Positions 1 to 12,800 of a stretch of 64,000 nt of DNA are shown one piece after another (positions within the stretch are counted from its first letter, which is position 1; every line of letters begins with the position of its first letter). The stretch is taken from positions 8,934,973 through 8,998,972 of the forward strand of contig OZ037770.1 in assembly GCA_964035545.1 (NCBI GenBank). The letters run 5' to 3'. The stretch comes from Bugula neritina. Lineage: Eukaryota; Animalia; Bryozoa. The translations under genes were made by a program, and so were the position numbers. The notes below the pieces were generated by a model, which ran no database searches, was not told the DNA's origin, and was given only the letters and a program-made list of their open reading frames with translations.

Positions 1-510
1 TGACATTAACCATACAGGTACAAAGAATGATTATATCCTGTGTAATATATATGTAACTATAACACATTATTTTTTCAATTCAATAAGTACTACAAATAAA
101 TATAAGTTTCACTGTAGATAGTCTTTTTTGTGCATCGAATGAGAAAATTAGTTAGTAAATGAAAGTTATGCAAGCCTTGAAATTTAACGTGATACTGATA
201 AGTTATGTGTGAGGTCACGTTCTACACAGCATGAGTGCACTGCATGAGAGTATTTACTGAGCAGGCACCAGGTTGAGATAACCAACTTTACTTTCAAATT
301 TATGCTAACAACTTTCTATTTATATGGTGAGGCAGCACATGTAACAGTACTGGGGGGTCATAATATAGTATGTAATACGATTTGTAATCTTATGCAACTT
401 ATTAACATGATATGATTTAATTGTCTGAAACTTTATAACAGAAGTTGATATTGGTTCTAGCTTTTTATATTGTAGGATACACTGCAACGCGTCACAGCTG
501 TCTGCTATGA

Positions 511-1145
511 ATTTAGGTAAAATGCCCCAGGTAATAATGGCACAACTGGCAAAGTAGGTAAAAATGGCACATTGTTGCTACATTTCTTCAAACCTCAAAC
601 TCAAACCCATAACCTTTAAACCCCAACCTCAAACTGAAATACCCATTCCAAAACCTAAATCTTATCCCAAACACCTAATTCAAACCCTTAAGACCTGGCC
701 TCACGATCGTGAGAATCACACGAAATTGTGTGACGATTTTCGTGAGTTATGACCAGTCACACACTTGTCGGACAAAACACATAATAAACAGTCCATGAAT
801 GAGTCTTGCATGAGGTACAAACAACAGGAAATTGCCAAATAGAGAAAAGTGGTAGAAATAGAATAATTGCTGTTGCTAAAATTCTATTGACCAATCAAAT
901 GGTACTTATCGATTGTGATTTTTTGTCCATCGTCATCGTTGTGTACACCCAACAAAGACGATTTTGTTTGAATTCCCTCAAATTTTCTCGTACGATTGTG
1001 TTTTTGTGTCAAATAGACGATTTCGTGTGATTCTCACGATCGTGAGGCCAGGCCTTTACATTAAATATGTGTCATTTTTACCTACTTTGCCATTTGTGCC
1101 CTTATTACCTGTGCCATTTTACTGGTGCCATTGTTACCAGACACT
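511..1145. mobile_element. Non-autonomous inverted-repeat element (ggtaaaaatggcac ... gtgccattttacc arms, aaaccc/aaactc-rich spacer), interrupted by a MITE
   Basis: Repeated ggta(a/t)aatggcac motifs on the left arm and complementary gtgccatt(t/a)ttacc motifs on the right. Related copies at ~25378-25600, ~30431-30690 and a partial one at ~49165-49245. Superfamily unassigned. Confidence 0.65.
691..1055. mobile_element. PIF/Harbinger-type (Tourist-like) MITE, copy 1
   Basis: TIR ag(a/g)cctggcctcacgatcgtgagaatcacacgaaat; TTA on both flanks (688-690, 1056-1058). The paralogous site at ~25431-25460 is empty with a single TTA. A 3-bp TWA TSD is typical of PIF/Harbinger. Confidence 0.9.
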
Positions 1146-2350
1146 GCCTGCTATATGCCATGCAATAAAATTAGCTGCTAGGTATTGAACCAGCATAATG
1201 GTGATATTATATAACCTGCATGATGTTTAAAAAGTTGCAAGATGTCTCTGATGATTAGACTAATGTAAAATGTGTGTAGTGTAGCACTACTCCTAAGAAG
1301 TCTAGGGGCCGGTGGATTCCACAAACTCACAGAATGTTATGGAGGAGGGCACTGAAGTTCTGGGTGGAATGTAGTGTTGTTTTTCCTTCATAGTGTAATG
1401 GTTTGCACACTAGTTTGCAAGTTAGAGGTATACAGGTTGATCTTCAGTGCAAGAGGTTAAAGGTTTTTGCAACTGAAGTCTTTGCGTTATAAAAATGTTA
1501 TTGAGTGATGTATTCATAATAAGAAGTATCCTAAAAATTGCAGACCTTGAAAGTAATGGCAATATGTTTTATTTTAAATAACTGACAAACATGGTTGACG
1601 TAATGCACACAGGATGGAATAAAACTATCATATAAAAAGGAGCTTCTTTGGAAACCTAAACTAAACTGTTATAGTATTTGAATATTCATTCATATTCTGA
1701 GAAATAGCCAAAGAGCATTTTAGCTAAAAGTTTGAATCAATATTCTTATAGTTCACAGGCTAAAATAACTAAAATAAAATAAATACACCTTATAAGCTGT
1801 GACTATGTATATTTACTTGTATAGTAATACTAGTGTTTCATTTGTAATAGAAAATACACAATATAATATTTTCCTATTGAGTAAAATGTAGAGTTGTCTC
1901 CTCATTCCAAGAAGCTATGTTGGTCATTAGAAAACTTAGTATAAATACAAAAAACAAAGAGTATTGCTGAGCATTGAGGGCAGGGAGCGTACATTGATTT
2001 CAACACTTTCTGTACTGAGAAAAATTTATTAAACTCCATCATTTTAATCTAATATATTCTTGTGATTGAGGAAGTGAATGTTACAAATAGCAAATAACTT
2101 GGTCATAATCAATTTAAGTGTTAAGACAGAAGGCACATGAAGTACAAAACCATGTAAAACCATCTGAAGAATAAAACAGAACACAATTACTCTTTGGCAG
2201 GTGATCAGAATAGTCAGACAGGAAACACTCTTTGTCTAAAGTCTAGACTATGAGCTAAGCTATAGTATCTCAGCTACACGTTACTAACACTTGCTGACTG
2301 ATGTCACCATGCAGAGTGGTTGACTACAATAAGTGTCAGATATCAGACTG

Positions 2351-5300
2351 TCACCTTCTTTTATTAAACTGTTCTTCAATCCACTTAGAATTCTCATAAA
2401 ACTTAGAATCACCGAGTACAATGGAAGTTCTCTTATAGAAGTAGTAGTAAAACACGGCACTGACTCTCTGGATGCCAAACAGAACCCAGAAACTCGGTTG
2501 AGTCACATAAATTTTAGGGTCTAGCCACCTGAGTTGCTGTAACAAAATAACAGAAAGGGTTAGCACTAACTGTATTATAACGTGTAATAAAAACTTACTA
2601 ATTGTGCAATGATTTCAAAGAATCGAAAGGTTATGAAGCTATGCCACATATGAATTTAGGTCCTTAAGGGCTAAGGACTTAAATTTATTTGGGGCACAGG
2701 CGCAACTATGACTGGATGATTTTCCTAATATCACCAATGACCTTTACTTAAGTCAGTGCTCTAGCCCCTAAACCACCACTGCTCCCTAGTCATTACACTT
2801 GATAAACTGAATACAACTCCATAAGCAGACAACTAGGCTGAGAAGAATCTACAAGCTACTTTGTATCACCAGCAGGGCAAGTAACTACCAATAACAAACC
2901 ATTCCACAGCAGTGCCAAGTGTCACATGAGTTAAATGCCACAGATGTCAAAGTGCCCTGGGTGTTGCATGTGTCACAAGTAGTAGGAACGTAGTAAATAA
3001 TATATGTGTGGCATGAGTGTCAAATAAAATAAATGATTCAAATGCTATGATTGTCACAACTATCTAGTGTCATCAGTGTGACAAAAAGCATGTGCAATGA
3101 ATGTCATAGATTCCAGGTGTAGTTATTTATGTCACAGATGTTAAAAGTCATTATTATCATATATGGGTCATTTTACTTAATTTAGTACACACTGGCAATC
3201 TCCAGTTTTTAGCTATTTTTCACAATTTATAGCTGCTAATGAACAAGGGCTTTTGCCTAAAACAAGTGAAATATCAATAAATACACCTAAATAATCAAGG
3301 TTCTAAGTTTTGCTTCATTTCTCATGATTTTTTCTTATTTATTCAGCTACTTTGGATTGCAGATCTTTACGAGAAAACCATAACGGTCCGCAATCGAAAG
3401 CAGCTAAAAAATTAGGAAAAAACATGGGAAATCAAGCCAAGTTAAAAAGAACCTTGATTATCAAGGTGAATTTATTGATATTTTACTAGTTTTGGGCAAA
3501 ACCCCATGTTCATTAGCAGCTAAGTTGTATAAAATGGCTAAAAAATGGATATTTCTAGTGTGTACTAAATTAAGTAAAATGACCCATATGTCAAATATCC
3601 CCAGTCTCACAAAAGTCATGTGTCATTATTGTCACAAGCAACAAATGTCAGTATCATCACATAGTCCAAGTCTTTAAAGTCACAGATAAAACTGAGTTAA
3701 ATATAATAAGCTACATATTGTGGAATACAGTCAGTATTGTAACCAAGACTCTTACACCAGCTAACCATATAAACTGGTTAGAAAGTGCTTCTGTTTATAA
3801 AATCAACTGAATGACAGTTTAAAATACTAAAAATACTAATAAGTTAAGCTATTAAGCCAAAAATTAATTGAAACTATTTGCACATTTTGAAAGAACAAAT
3901 TAGTAGAAGCTTAAACCTTGCTGGAGCTGCAGAAAACATGCCTAGGTGTTGAACAATTTAAATTTGGTAATTGAAAGCCTTGAAAATCCAATATTGAGTT
4001 AAATTTAAATAAATCCATTACCATATCAATTTTGATGCTCACTATAATATCATAACAACCTTTGCTATAGCATTTACTGCATTTCCAAGTTTTCTAATAC
4101 AATTTTTCATTGATGTTTGGAAACAGTTGCATCTAATGAGACCACAGCCATAAATTCATGCAAACCTCAACCACAAAATCATCCATAAGCAGAATGCAAA
4201 ACAATGGAAATGCAGTGATAGTAAACCATTACAAAGTCCCATGTGCTATAATGACTCACCATGCCATATATGTGCAGAGCTATGCAGAATGCCAGGTATA
4301 TGAAAGTTATTATTATAGTCGTCTTGAATTTGTTCACCAAAATGATCACCAGACCAGCTTGGAATATATACGTGTTGAAAAAGGTGAGGAAAAGAACAAT
4401 AATGGCAAATATGATGCAGATATCCTGAATCCTGCAAAACAAAACATACAAAATATTATGTAATGACTAATCCCATGTAACTATGAATAACCTAAGTGAG
4501 TTTCTAAACTTTAAAATGAGTACAATAAACAGTCAGTTCCCAATAGGATGAGTGCTTTAGTAAAAATCATAGATACAAAAATAAGATACCGCATAAATGC
4601 TTTTCTGTTTAGAAAGTTTTATAATTTCGAATAGAAATAAATCAACTATATTTGAGAATATTAATTTACGTGAGTTTTGTAAAAAATATGTTTATTTACA
4701 GCTTTTCTATTTAAACATTTTTAATGTCCAAAATTTACTAAATTCATTATGGTGCAAGCATTTCAAAAATAAAATGACCATTTTTCTTAAAAAAAACATT
4801 GCAATGTGGGCAAGCTTTGCATGCATGAACTTATGAGAACAAAAATATGCGGCTAGCATGATATAAAGCTGACAATGCGTCTTACTATCGAGTGTCACAG
4901 TTTCTTCAACTGTGCTATATCTATATAAAACAGCAGGATGTTTGCTAGCCAATATATACATAAATATATATACAGTGCTCCCTGCATATCCCATCGTTCC
5001 ATATCTCACGAAATTCTATAATGTGTATAGAGACAAAATGACCAAATTTGATTAATCTGCGAGTTAAATCTGGTATTTTATTATGTCGAAGCATAGTGAG
5101 ATACGAATGGAGCACTGCAGGTACTATGCATGTAAGCAAGATGCAATCTTCTGGTTATTCAACGATCAAAGGATTTTAAGAGAAAGTTTGAGAAATGAAG
5201 TGGTTTGCAGCAAATTTTGTCATCATAAATTACTTTTTCAAACTTAGAACCTAATTAAAAACAAGTTTTCGCTTTATAGTACTAGTACTAGAAAATAATC

Positions 5301-5516
5301 TAGAAATGCTTAGTATGCGAAAAACTTTACAATCAGAATTAACAAAGTTAGAAAAGCAAAAGGTTAAAAAGTTATATTATCAGCTACTTACACATATAAG
5401 ACAAGCATAATGACGTTTTCAACTTTGATGAGTTCTGTAAATGAGTTCATAAACAGGTCTATGGTAAGCAGAAAATACTGTAGAGTCAGTATGATCTTGT
5501 ATCGCCCAATCTCCAT
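2351..5516 (-). CDS. TMEM138: Transmembrane protein 138 (ciliary membrane protein), 160 aa
   Basis: Exons 5516-5392 ([30 protein letters not shown]...), 4431-4260 ([28 protein letters not shown]...) and 2536-2351 (QLRW...[25 protein letters not shown]...RR*). GT-AG introns, consistent phases, 483 nt. Motifs match human TMEM138 (FFNTFVFQAGL, YFYKRTAVRLGDPHFY). Confidence 0.95.
2672..2788 (-). mobile_element. tRNA-derived SINE, partial
   Basis: Contains the core ggcacagg.gcaa.tatgactggatg...ttcctaa.atcaccaatg shared with the other SINE copies, and the tRNA-like head ending gctcccta. Confidence 0.7.
3161..3589. mobile_element. Fold-back MITE in TMEM138 intron
   Basis: atatgggtcattttacttaatttagtacacact ... 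agtgtgtactaaattaagtaaaatgacccatat. The arms stay complementary for ~200 bp around a short spacer near 3368-3385. Confidence 0.85.
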
Positions 5517-6497
5517 CTTATTAGTAGGAGATAGCTTCTAAATAATGCACAAAAGACATGAGAATATATAAACATGGATTAAAAGTTTCAACTGTTTGGG
5601 TATATCTTACAAAGATGTGCATGCAGACGAAATATTTGTTTTGATTCATCAATCACTAGGAATAATCATGCATGTTGATTTCTGCTAAAGCAACTTTCAG
5701 CTTAATATTTGAATGTCCAACTGTTTACAACTATTTAGACAGAACTTACTAGTTAAAACTGCTCCCTAAACAATAAGATTCTGGTGTCTACAAAAAGATT
5801 TTTAGTAAAAATAAAAGCTAGCTATATGCAAAAAATGAGACAAAATAAATTCATAGGCGATAAGTGTTATAATTTACAAGTTTTTTCTATAACAATGGAA
5901 AATGAAAATTTAATTCTAGATATATATAAGTATATGAAATAATTTGAGTTATTCAATCACTAACAAATATTTAGTGAATGGCATATAAAAACTTATATGA
6001 CCGGCCACTTTTTTGTATCATAAAGTAATTGTGGTTTATTAATTTTTATGAACACAATGTTGTCTAATCTGTAAAAATATATTCCACAATGTCAGAAAAC
6101 AAAAATTATTTTAACAAAATTTTTATCAAAGTGTTGCTTTGCCTAGCATAATGTATTCTTAAATTCCTATGAGATAATTCATTCATGTCATTATTTCCAT
6201 GCCATGTGTAATATTTTCATTATAATTTGTTAAGAGTATAGTTAGTAGTTGTATAATACATTTCATTATAAATCAGTCAGCTCTGATAAGTATCTGTTAC
6301 ATTGCAGGCTGCATGATCAGAGTAGTAATCAAGAACATCCGGTCACAAAACACAATAATATAACACCATGTAGATTTTGCAAGTTCCAGGATTTTTTAAA
6401 AATAATAAGTAATAATAAATAATAATAATAAAACTCTATGAATCATTATATTCATAATAACATTATTATAAACAATAAAGCTCCGGAGAGCTGCTAG

Positions 6498-7002
6498 TGT
6501 AATGGATTTTAACGCTCTAGTAATTATGTCGCGTCACTATTATAATGGACTTGGCGTAACTTTGTAAATACTGTTAAATGTTGTAATTATAGCTAAGCTC
6601 CTTGCGTAGCTTTCCAATGCCTCAAATATTGTAATTATAGCTAAGCTCTTAGCGTAGTGAATAGCGTAATAATTGTGAATTGCCTTCCTATTTTTATTGT
6701 TTGTTTTTAAGTTACTGTAATAGTTTTTGGAGTTATGTTTCCCCGCCACTTTTTCTTTGTATGTTAAATAAATAAGTATGTAAGCCGAATTCGGAACCAA
6801 GGTACGATTTCGGATGGAGTCTGTCCGATTTTCGGACAGAACCCTTCCGATTTCGGACCTCCACGTGGCAGGCACTTTTCTGGCAGTATATAAGGGCGAG
6901 CATTTTTGTATCAAATCAGTCTAACACTGGAGCTCGCAGAGGACACATCAATAAAGACTATTAGAATCAACATTTTACAAAGACTTTTATTTAACAATTA
7001 CA
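6498..7002 (+). mobile_element. Isolated LTR-like sequence (505 bp)
   Basis: TGTAAT...ATTACA termini, TATA-like tataag near 6888, AATAAA at ~6950, internal direct repeat ttgtaattatagctaagctc, higher GC than flanks. No matching TSD. Confidence 0.6.
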
Positions 7003-7675
7003 AGTATTGGCATGCAGACTGCTTGTCTATTTCATTAAACCCGCAAAATTACAACACTAGTATAGATGTACTGCGGGTACCATTTATTCGACCATTGTTG
7101 AGCTATACTGAGTCATCAGGTTTCCATGTCTAGATGTTTACTTTCAATGCGATTAAAATAACAGATTTTTTTTCAATTGTAAGTCCATCAAAACTTTAAG
7201 AAAACTTAAATTTCAGCAATTACACGTGTGTGGCAACTTTGCTTCTTTTACACAAATAAATATAAAATTCAAGTAGCTTTTTGATAGAAGTAATGCTTAA
7301 TTTAAACTTAAATTTAGATTATTATGAAGTATAGCTATAATCACTCTTAGTTGACGTTTTTTAAATTTACTAGCGACTTACAGTTACTTGCGCTGAGTTA
7401 CTTAACCAGCATTATCTTAATCAAAATAGAAGTGGTGACTTACTTCATTCCCAATTGAAAATTAAATGACTATTAAGTTTCTGTCAATTTTACCCTTATT
7501 TTTTCTTTTACTCTCAGTCCTAAACTCAAAGCTTAACTTGGTTTGAGTCTCAGTTTCACTTTCAGATTGAGTTTGAGTTTCACTCTGTGGTAACTGGTAA
7601 GTGAATGAGTCAAATGTTGTGCATTTTCACAAACAAATTGAAGATTTTTGATTAACTTCAAAACTAAATACTTAC

Positions 7676-7929
7676 CAACTTAATTTATAAAAAATGACAA
7701 CAACAGTTGGAGTGAGCAAAAATTTGAGAGGAAAATATCGTTGAGATAATCTTTCTTATTTTTTTAATCCACCATTTTGAACCCGCTGTAAACAATTCCA
7801 AGGAGACTGAAGCCGAGATTCTACAGCAAAATTTAGGATAAGCAGGGGTCCTACGTAGCCTCTCAATAGGCTATCGACAGGCAGAATGAGTAGGCAATAG
7901 GATAATATGCCGACAGAGCTTCTACGCAG
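7676..7929. promoter_or_regulatory. Putative bidirectional promoter and non-coding first exons of TMEM138 and TUBGCP2
   Basis: Outward-facing donors: minus G|gtaagt (acttac 7670-7675) and plus CAG|gtaaca (7930). Both start-codon exons begin with an acceptor just before the ATG (5537, 9805), so upstream UTR exons are expected. Confidence 0.55.
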
Positions 7930-8495
7930 GTAACAATATATTCATCAACATTATCGTTACTACACACACAAACTAGACATTTCGCAGACTATACACTAAA
8001 CACTTTAAGCGATTTACCAATGAAAGACGTCAAATTTAACCGCGCCCATTACTCACTATTTGTCGCTATCATAATTATTGGAGGTCAATTTAAATTTCAC
8101 ACTTCTATCTGCCTATAATTTAAAAACTGCATCAGTGCACTGTTCAGAGTTATTACTTATTAGACTATCAATTTCATATAGTCGTTAGGTGAAATTATGC
8201 AAGGAGCGGCCTTGTAGTAGTACCCGTACTGAGTACTCCATCTAGTAGTAGTACTAGTTGTACTTGTAGTTCAAGTATTAGTAGTAGTTCTACTCAATGC
8301 AATGTCAAAGTGAAAGTGAGATTATCATTATGAGTATCAGTATGACTCTAACACTAACAGTAACTCTAAGTACATCACTATGAAGTATGAGTATCACAGA
8401 TTCAGATTAAGATCACTCAATAATATAAATATATCTTTCAGTGTTACTTGTAAGTGTTGTCAGTAATCCCATCAATTAATCTTATGACTTATACT

Positions 8496-9126
8496 TATAC
8501 TAATACTAATCACTATTAGTAATGCTATTTAGTATAATAATAGTTATATTTATAGTATTAGTATACTAAATAGCATTACTAATAGTAATAGTGATCAGTA
8601 TTAGTATACTGATAGTTATACTAACAGTAACATTAATAGTTATACTAGTAATAGTCATACTAATAGTAAATGTAACACTATTAGTATTAGTATTACTAGT
8701 AATAATAATAATAGTGATGAAATTGAATAACTTGCTAGTCGCTAGGCTAGCGATAGTGATACTTATACTGATACTAATAGTAATAACATTAACTAAAAGT
8801 ATAACTATAAGTTATAGTTATACTTATAGTTAATGTTATTACTATTAGTATCAGTATAAGTATCACTATCGCTAGCCTAGCGACTAGCAAGTTATTCAAT
8901 TTCATCACTATTATTATTATTACTAGTAATACTAATACTATTAGTGTTACATTTACTATTAGTATGACTATTACTAGTATAACTATTAATGTTACTGTTA
9001 GTATAACTATCAGTATACTAATACTGATCACTATTACTATTAGTAATGCTATTTAGTATACTAATACTATAAATATAACTATTATTATACTAAATAGCAT
9101 TACTAATAGTGATTAGTATTAGTATA
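8496..9126. repeat. 631-bp near-perfect palindrome, centre 8811
   Basis: ORFs 8591..8833(+) and 8789..9031(-) translate almost identically; 1-nt centre; about 2 visible mismatches; embedded in degenerate agtcat/agtgat-type repeats (~8210-9660). Confidence 0.95.
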
Positions 9127-9825
9127 CTGATAGTTATACTAACACTAATAGTTATACTAGTAATAGTGATATAGTAATAGTTAATTAGTAATAGTAATAC
9201 TAATACTTTACAAATACCTATACTACAAGTAGCCTACACGTAATACTTGAAGTATTAGTAATAAGTATTAGTAATACCATTAACTTAAACTATAAAGATA
9301 GAGATACTTATCAAATTACAATGATTATCTTAATCTATAGTGAGAGTCATACTCAAAGTCATAGTGATAGTGACTGTGAGTTAGTCATAGTGGTACTCTA
9401 TAATCAGTATCAGTAAGAGTCTATGGAAATTGATAATTGTACTTCATTATGATAATTGTTCATAGTGATACTGATACAATTACATGTACTCATGGTAATA
9501 TTAATAGTCATGCTCATGCTGATAGTCATGCTCATAGTGATGTGATAGCCATACTGATACTGTCATAGAGTGATAGTCATAATGGTGCTGATACTGATAG
9601 TCACATGCTATTCATCTTATCAGTACGAGCATCACTTTGAGTATGACTATTGCCTATTGGTATGAATCTGACCAGTGGAATTGTTCTATAAGCAGTTTAA
9701 AGTTAGGGTGATTAAGTGAAATAGCTTGGGATTCTTGAATTTAGAGTTAGGAGTTCAGGTTGGACCCCCGACTCTAAGCTTGAGAACCCGACAATCTCTA
9801 ACAGATTGAAAGAGTAGAATGAAAA

Positions 9826-12800
9826 ATGGCAGCTCAACATGAATATGAAGCGCATGCTTTAGTCAGGGAACTCAGTGTCACTCTGGGGTGAGTTAGCTTA
9901 ATACTTATAAACTGAATATTTTAATACTCATACATTTGAATAGATCAATTCATGTAATATGAACATTATTTTGCATTCATCTATCAGCGGTTTATTTATA
10001 TTGGCAATATTAAACAACCAATTATTTGCATTTAAAATTTTGGATCAATCATTCTGTCAGCAAATACACTGATAATGTTCATAAGTAGGTCAATAGTTTT
10101 GCCTCTTTTCCCCTAATTTATAGTAATCTCAAATTTTATAAAAAGTTTTATAAGTTGTGAATATTAATTTATTAGTCTAAATCTCATTTTTCATAACTTT
10201 AAATGCTGCTAATAAAAGCAATTTTTCTCATCAAGTCACCTTAAATTCAATCTTGTTTCACTATTTGAAAAATTTGTATTTTTCAAAAAGAAATCATTTA
10301 GATAACGTAATGATTTACAAAGCTACTCGATCTAAATTGGGTATGCCCACTTGTTTACTTTGATACTGGTTGTCCAGAGCTGACCGTGGAGATATTGGTC
10401 CTGAGAAATATGTGGAAAGTTTGATGAAGCAAAGAGGTTCTTATAATCCAGACCAGGTGAGTCATAGTTACGTCATTTATTGTTTATGATACTAGAATAG
10501 AGTAGTATACTGAAGTTTCATTTACATAAAAAATTAGTGTGTTTGCCATGGTGTAGACTTAGAATAATGAAATAACGTTTTTATATTCAATCTACCTGGC
10601 CCCTTATTTTTCATCAAATTTTTGCTTCATATGCTACAATATAACAAATTTTGACTGAATACTAAGTATTGGTTAACTATAATTTGACTAAGATATATCT
10701 ATTTCTGCTGCAGATTTCTAATCACCATTCCAAAAAAGCCATAGCAGAGTTTAGCACCACTCCTGTTGAGTTCACTGCAAAATACGAGGACCTAAAGCTA
10801 AAGAATGTAAGAGACGTGGACGCAGTAACTTATATCACAGCTGAAATTGTTAAGGTAATCCGAGAGTTTGCTGTTAGATATTATATAGTAAGTTACGCAA
10901 TGCATGACTGTTTATTCTGAGAGACTATTGTACAGAAACGTAATCAACAGACGTGAATTTTCTCACTTTATCAGCCTATGTTGCTTTGCTGCAATTATTT
11001 ATAATTTAAAATCGTCTCTCATATTTCACGTACTATATTTTACGTAAGATATGCCTTTAAAGGTCAGTGTTATTGTTATTATTATTGTCAGGATGAAAGC
11101 GTGCACTCTCACCTCAAATCTCATGCTATCAAGAAAGCTGACAAAGCTGGTGTTAATCTGAGTACTCACACTCTCCCCAAGTCCAGCAGCAGGACAGCTA
11201 GAGAAGTCAGTGCTGTTGACCTGAGTCAGGTAGAAATATAAATTAACATTATTTTGTGAACTTGTAGAAGTTGTGCTCTCTCTATTCAGTGTTTCATCAT
11301 GTAATTATGCTCATAAAACTGAAAATACCAAAAAAAAACTCACACAAGTTTATAGTCACCATCCCTGTGAGAAATCATTGAGAGCAAGGGTTTTTAAAGT
11401 AGGCTAAGTACTTTTTTCTGATGCCGCACAGAAATAAGATTATGTTGAATTCCAAACATTTAATATCAGTTTTTAACTATTTGAAATTGTTTTATGTAAA
11501 AATGTTTAGCCAACTGCATTTAAAGTATAGCATGCTATTGATATTATAACCTTATTTCTTCGTAAAAGCACTAGATTGTGCTCTGAATTTGCCTAAATGG
11601 TGTCAATGTTTTCTATATACTTTTGCGTAGACTATATAGTGTAACAATAATATATTCAATTATAAATGAAGTATCATAATATATTTTGGTATGTTATAAA
11701 ATTATCATTCTATTGGGGATTAGTTTCATCTTTACGGCCACTTGTCCACTCGGAATAAAAATTGATATGATTACGATTTAAGTTTAAAAATTAATGGGAA
11801 ATTCATAATGTTTGCCTTCGTTAGAGTACAACACATCTCAAATACCACACGCGTATAACATTGCTGATAGCTACATACTTCCACCTCACATGACTGTAGT
11901 TTTATTATTATTTCAGTTGAAGAAGAGTTTGCGGCAGCAGAGTGAACACCCGGCAGCATTGATGTCTTCAGACATGTTGAAACAGGTTGGTTCAGTTGAG
12001 CAGGTTGTCTTTAGTTTGACGTAGTAGAATAATAGTATATGGCTGATGATAAGATGCAAGCCAGCAGTCTGGGTATACAGTGTGGCTCATAGCTTATAGA
12101 CAAACACACTCTTTGGTCTTTTCAGTTTATCAACTTTCTTTTCAAAATTAACTCCTGATTTTTTATCCACACTCTGTTTTGGGTTATGATGTGTAATGTT
12201 TAGTAAATTACAAATACCTCGCTATTTTATTTTCTTCATTAATTTGGCAGTTTTGAAATATTTGTTGGTATACAGGGTGCAGCTGTTTCAACATAATAAG
12301 GGTTAATATTATATAGCTCCAGTTCCATTTGTACATTATTATTTTTAGTAATTACTGAGATATATTACAGCATTTAGCCACTTTAGTTGGAGAGCTCATG
12401 TGAACCCCTTCCCACTGAAAAGTTTTATACAATCTCAAGCAATTTAATTGTTTAAAACTAATTTTTTTTCAGTTGATGATAGAATGGCACCCAGACCTGG
12501 TAGAGTTAGGAAAAATGTTCTAACACAATGGTGTATTTAGGGCCGAGTAGGGAAGACCCCCACACTTTTAGTTATCACTCTGTTGTAGATCACCGGCAAA
12601 CCTAAAAGAGAAGCCAATATCAGCATCCCACTACAGCCAAGCTGGGTATTTGAGAGACCCCACCTCAATGGTGGTATTGTCCAGGAGTCTAATAAACTGG
12701 GCGAGTCCAAGAAGAGTAGAGGAGTGCCAGTTGGAAAACTTCCCGAAGCCTACCAGGAACAAGTTGTAATGGAACAGCTGCTAGCCTGTTTTCTGGTAAT

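Larger units (their letters stand above)
1..2270 (-). repeat. Inverted segmental duplicate of the SOUL-gene upstream regions
   Basis: 1-~1975 is the reverse complement of ~24565-26117 (tgacattaaccat at 1 vs atggttaatgtca at 26105-26117). ~1880-2270 is the reverse complement of ~29545-29920, and ~170-400 also matches ~31060-31290. Confidence 0.93.

Noticed and set aside
8591-9031. Two near-identical hydrophobic 80-aa ORFs on opposite strands
   Set aside because: Consequence of a low-complexity palindrome; non-ATG start; no family motifs.
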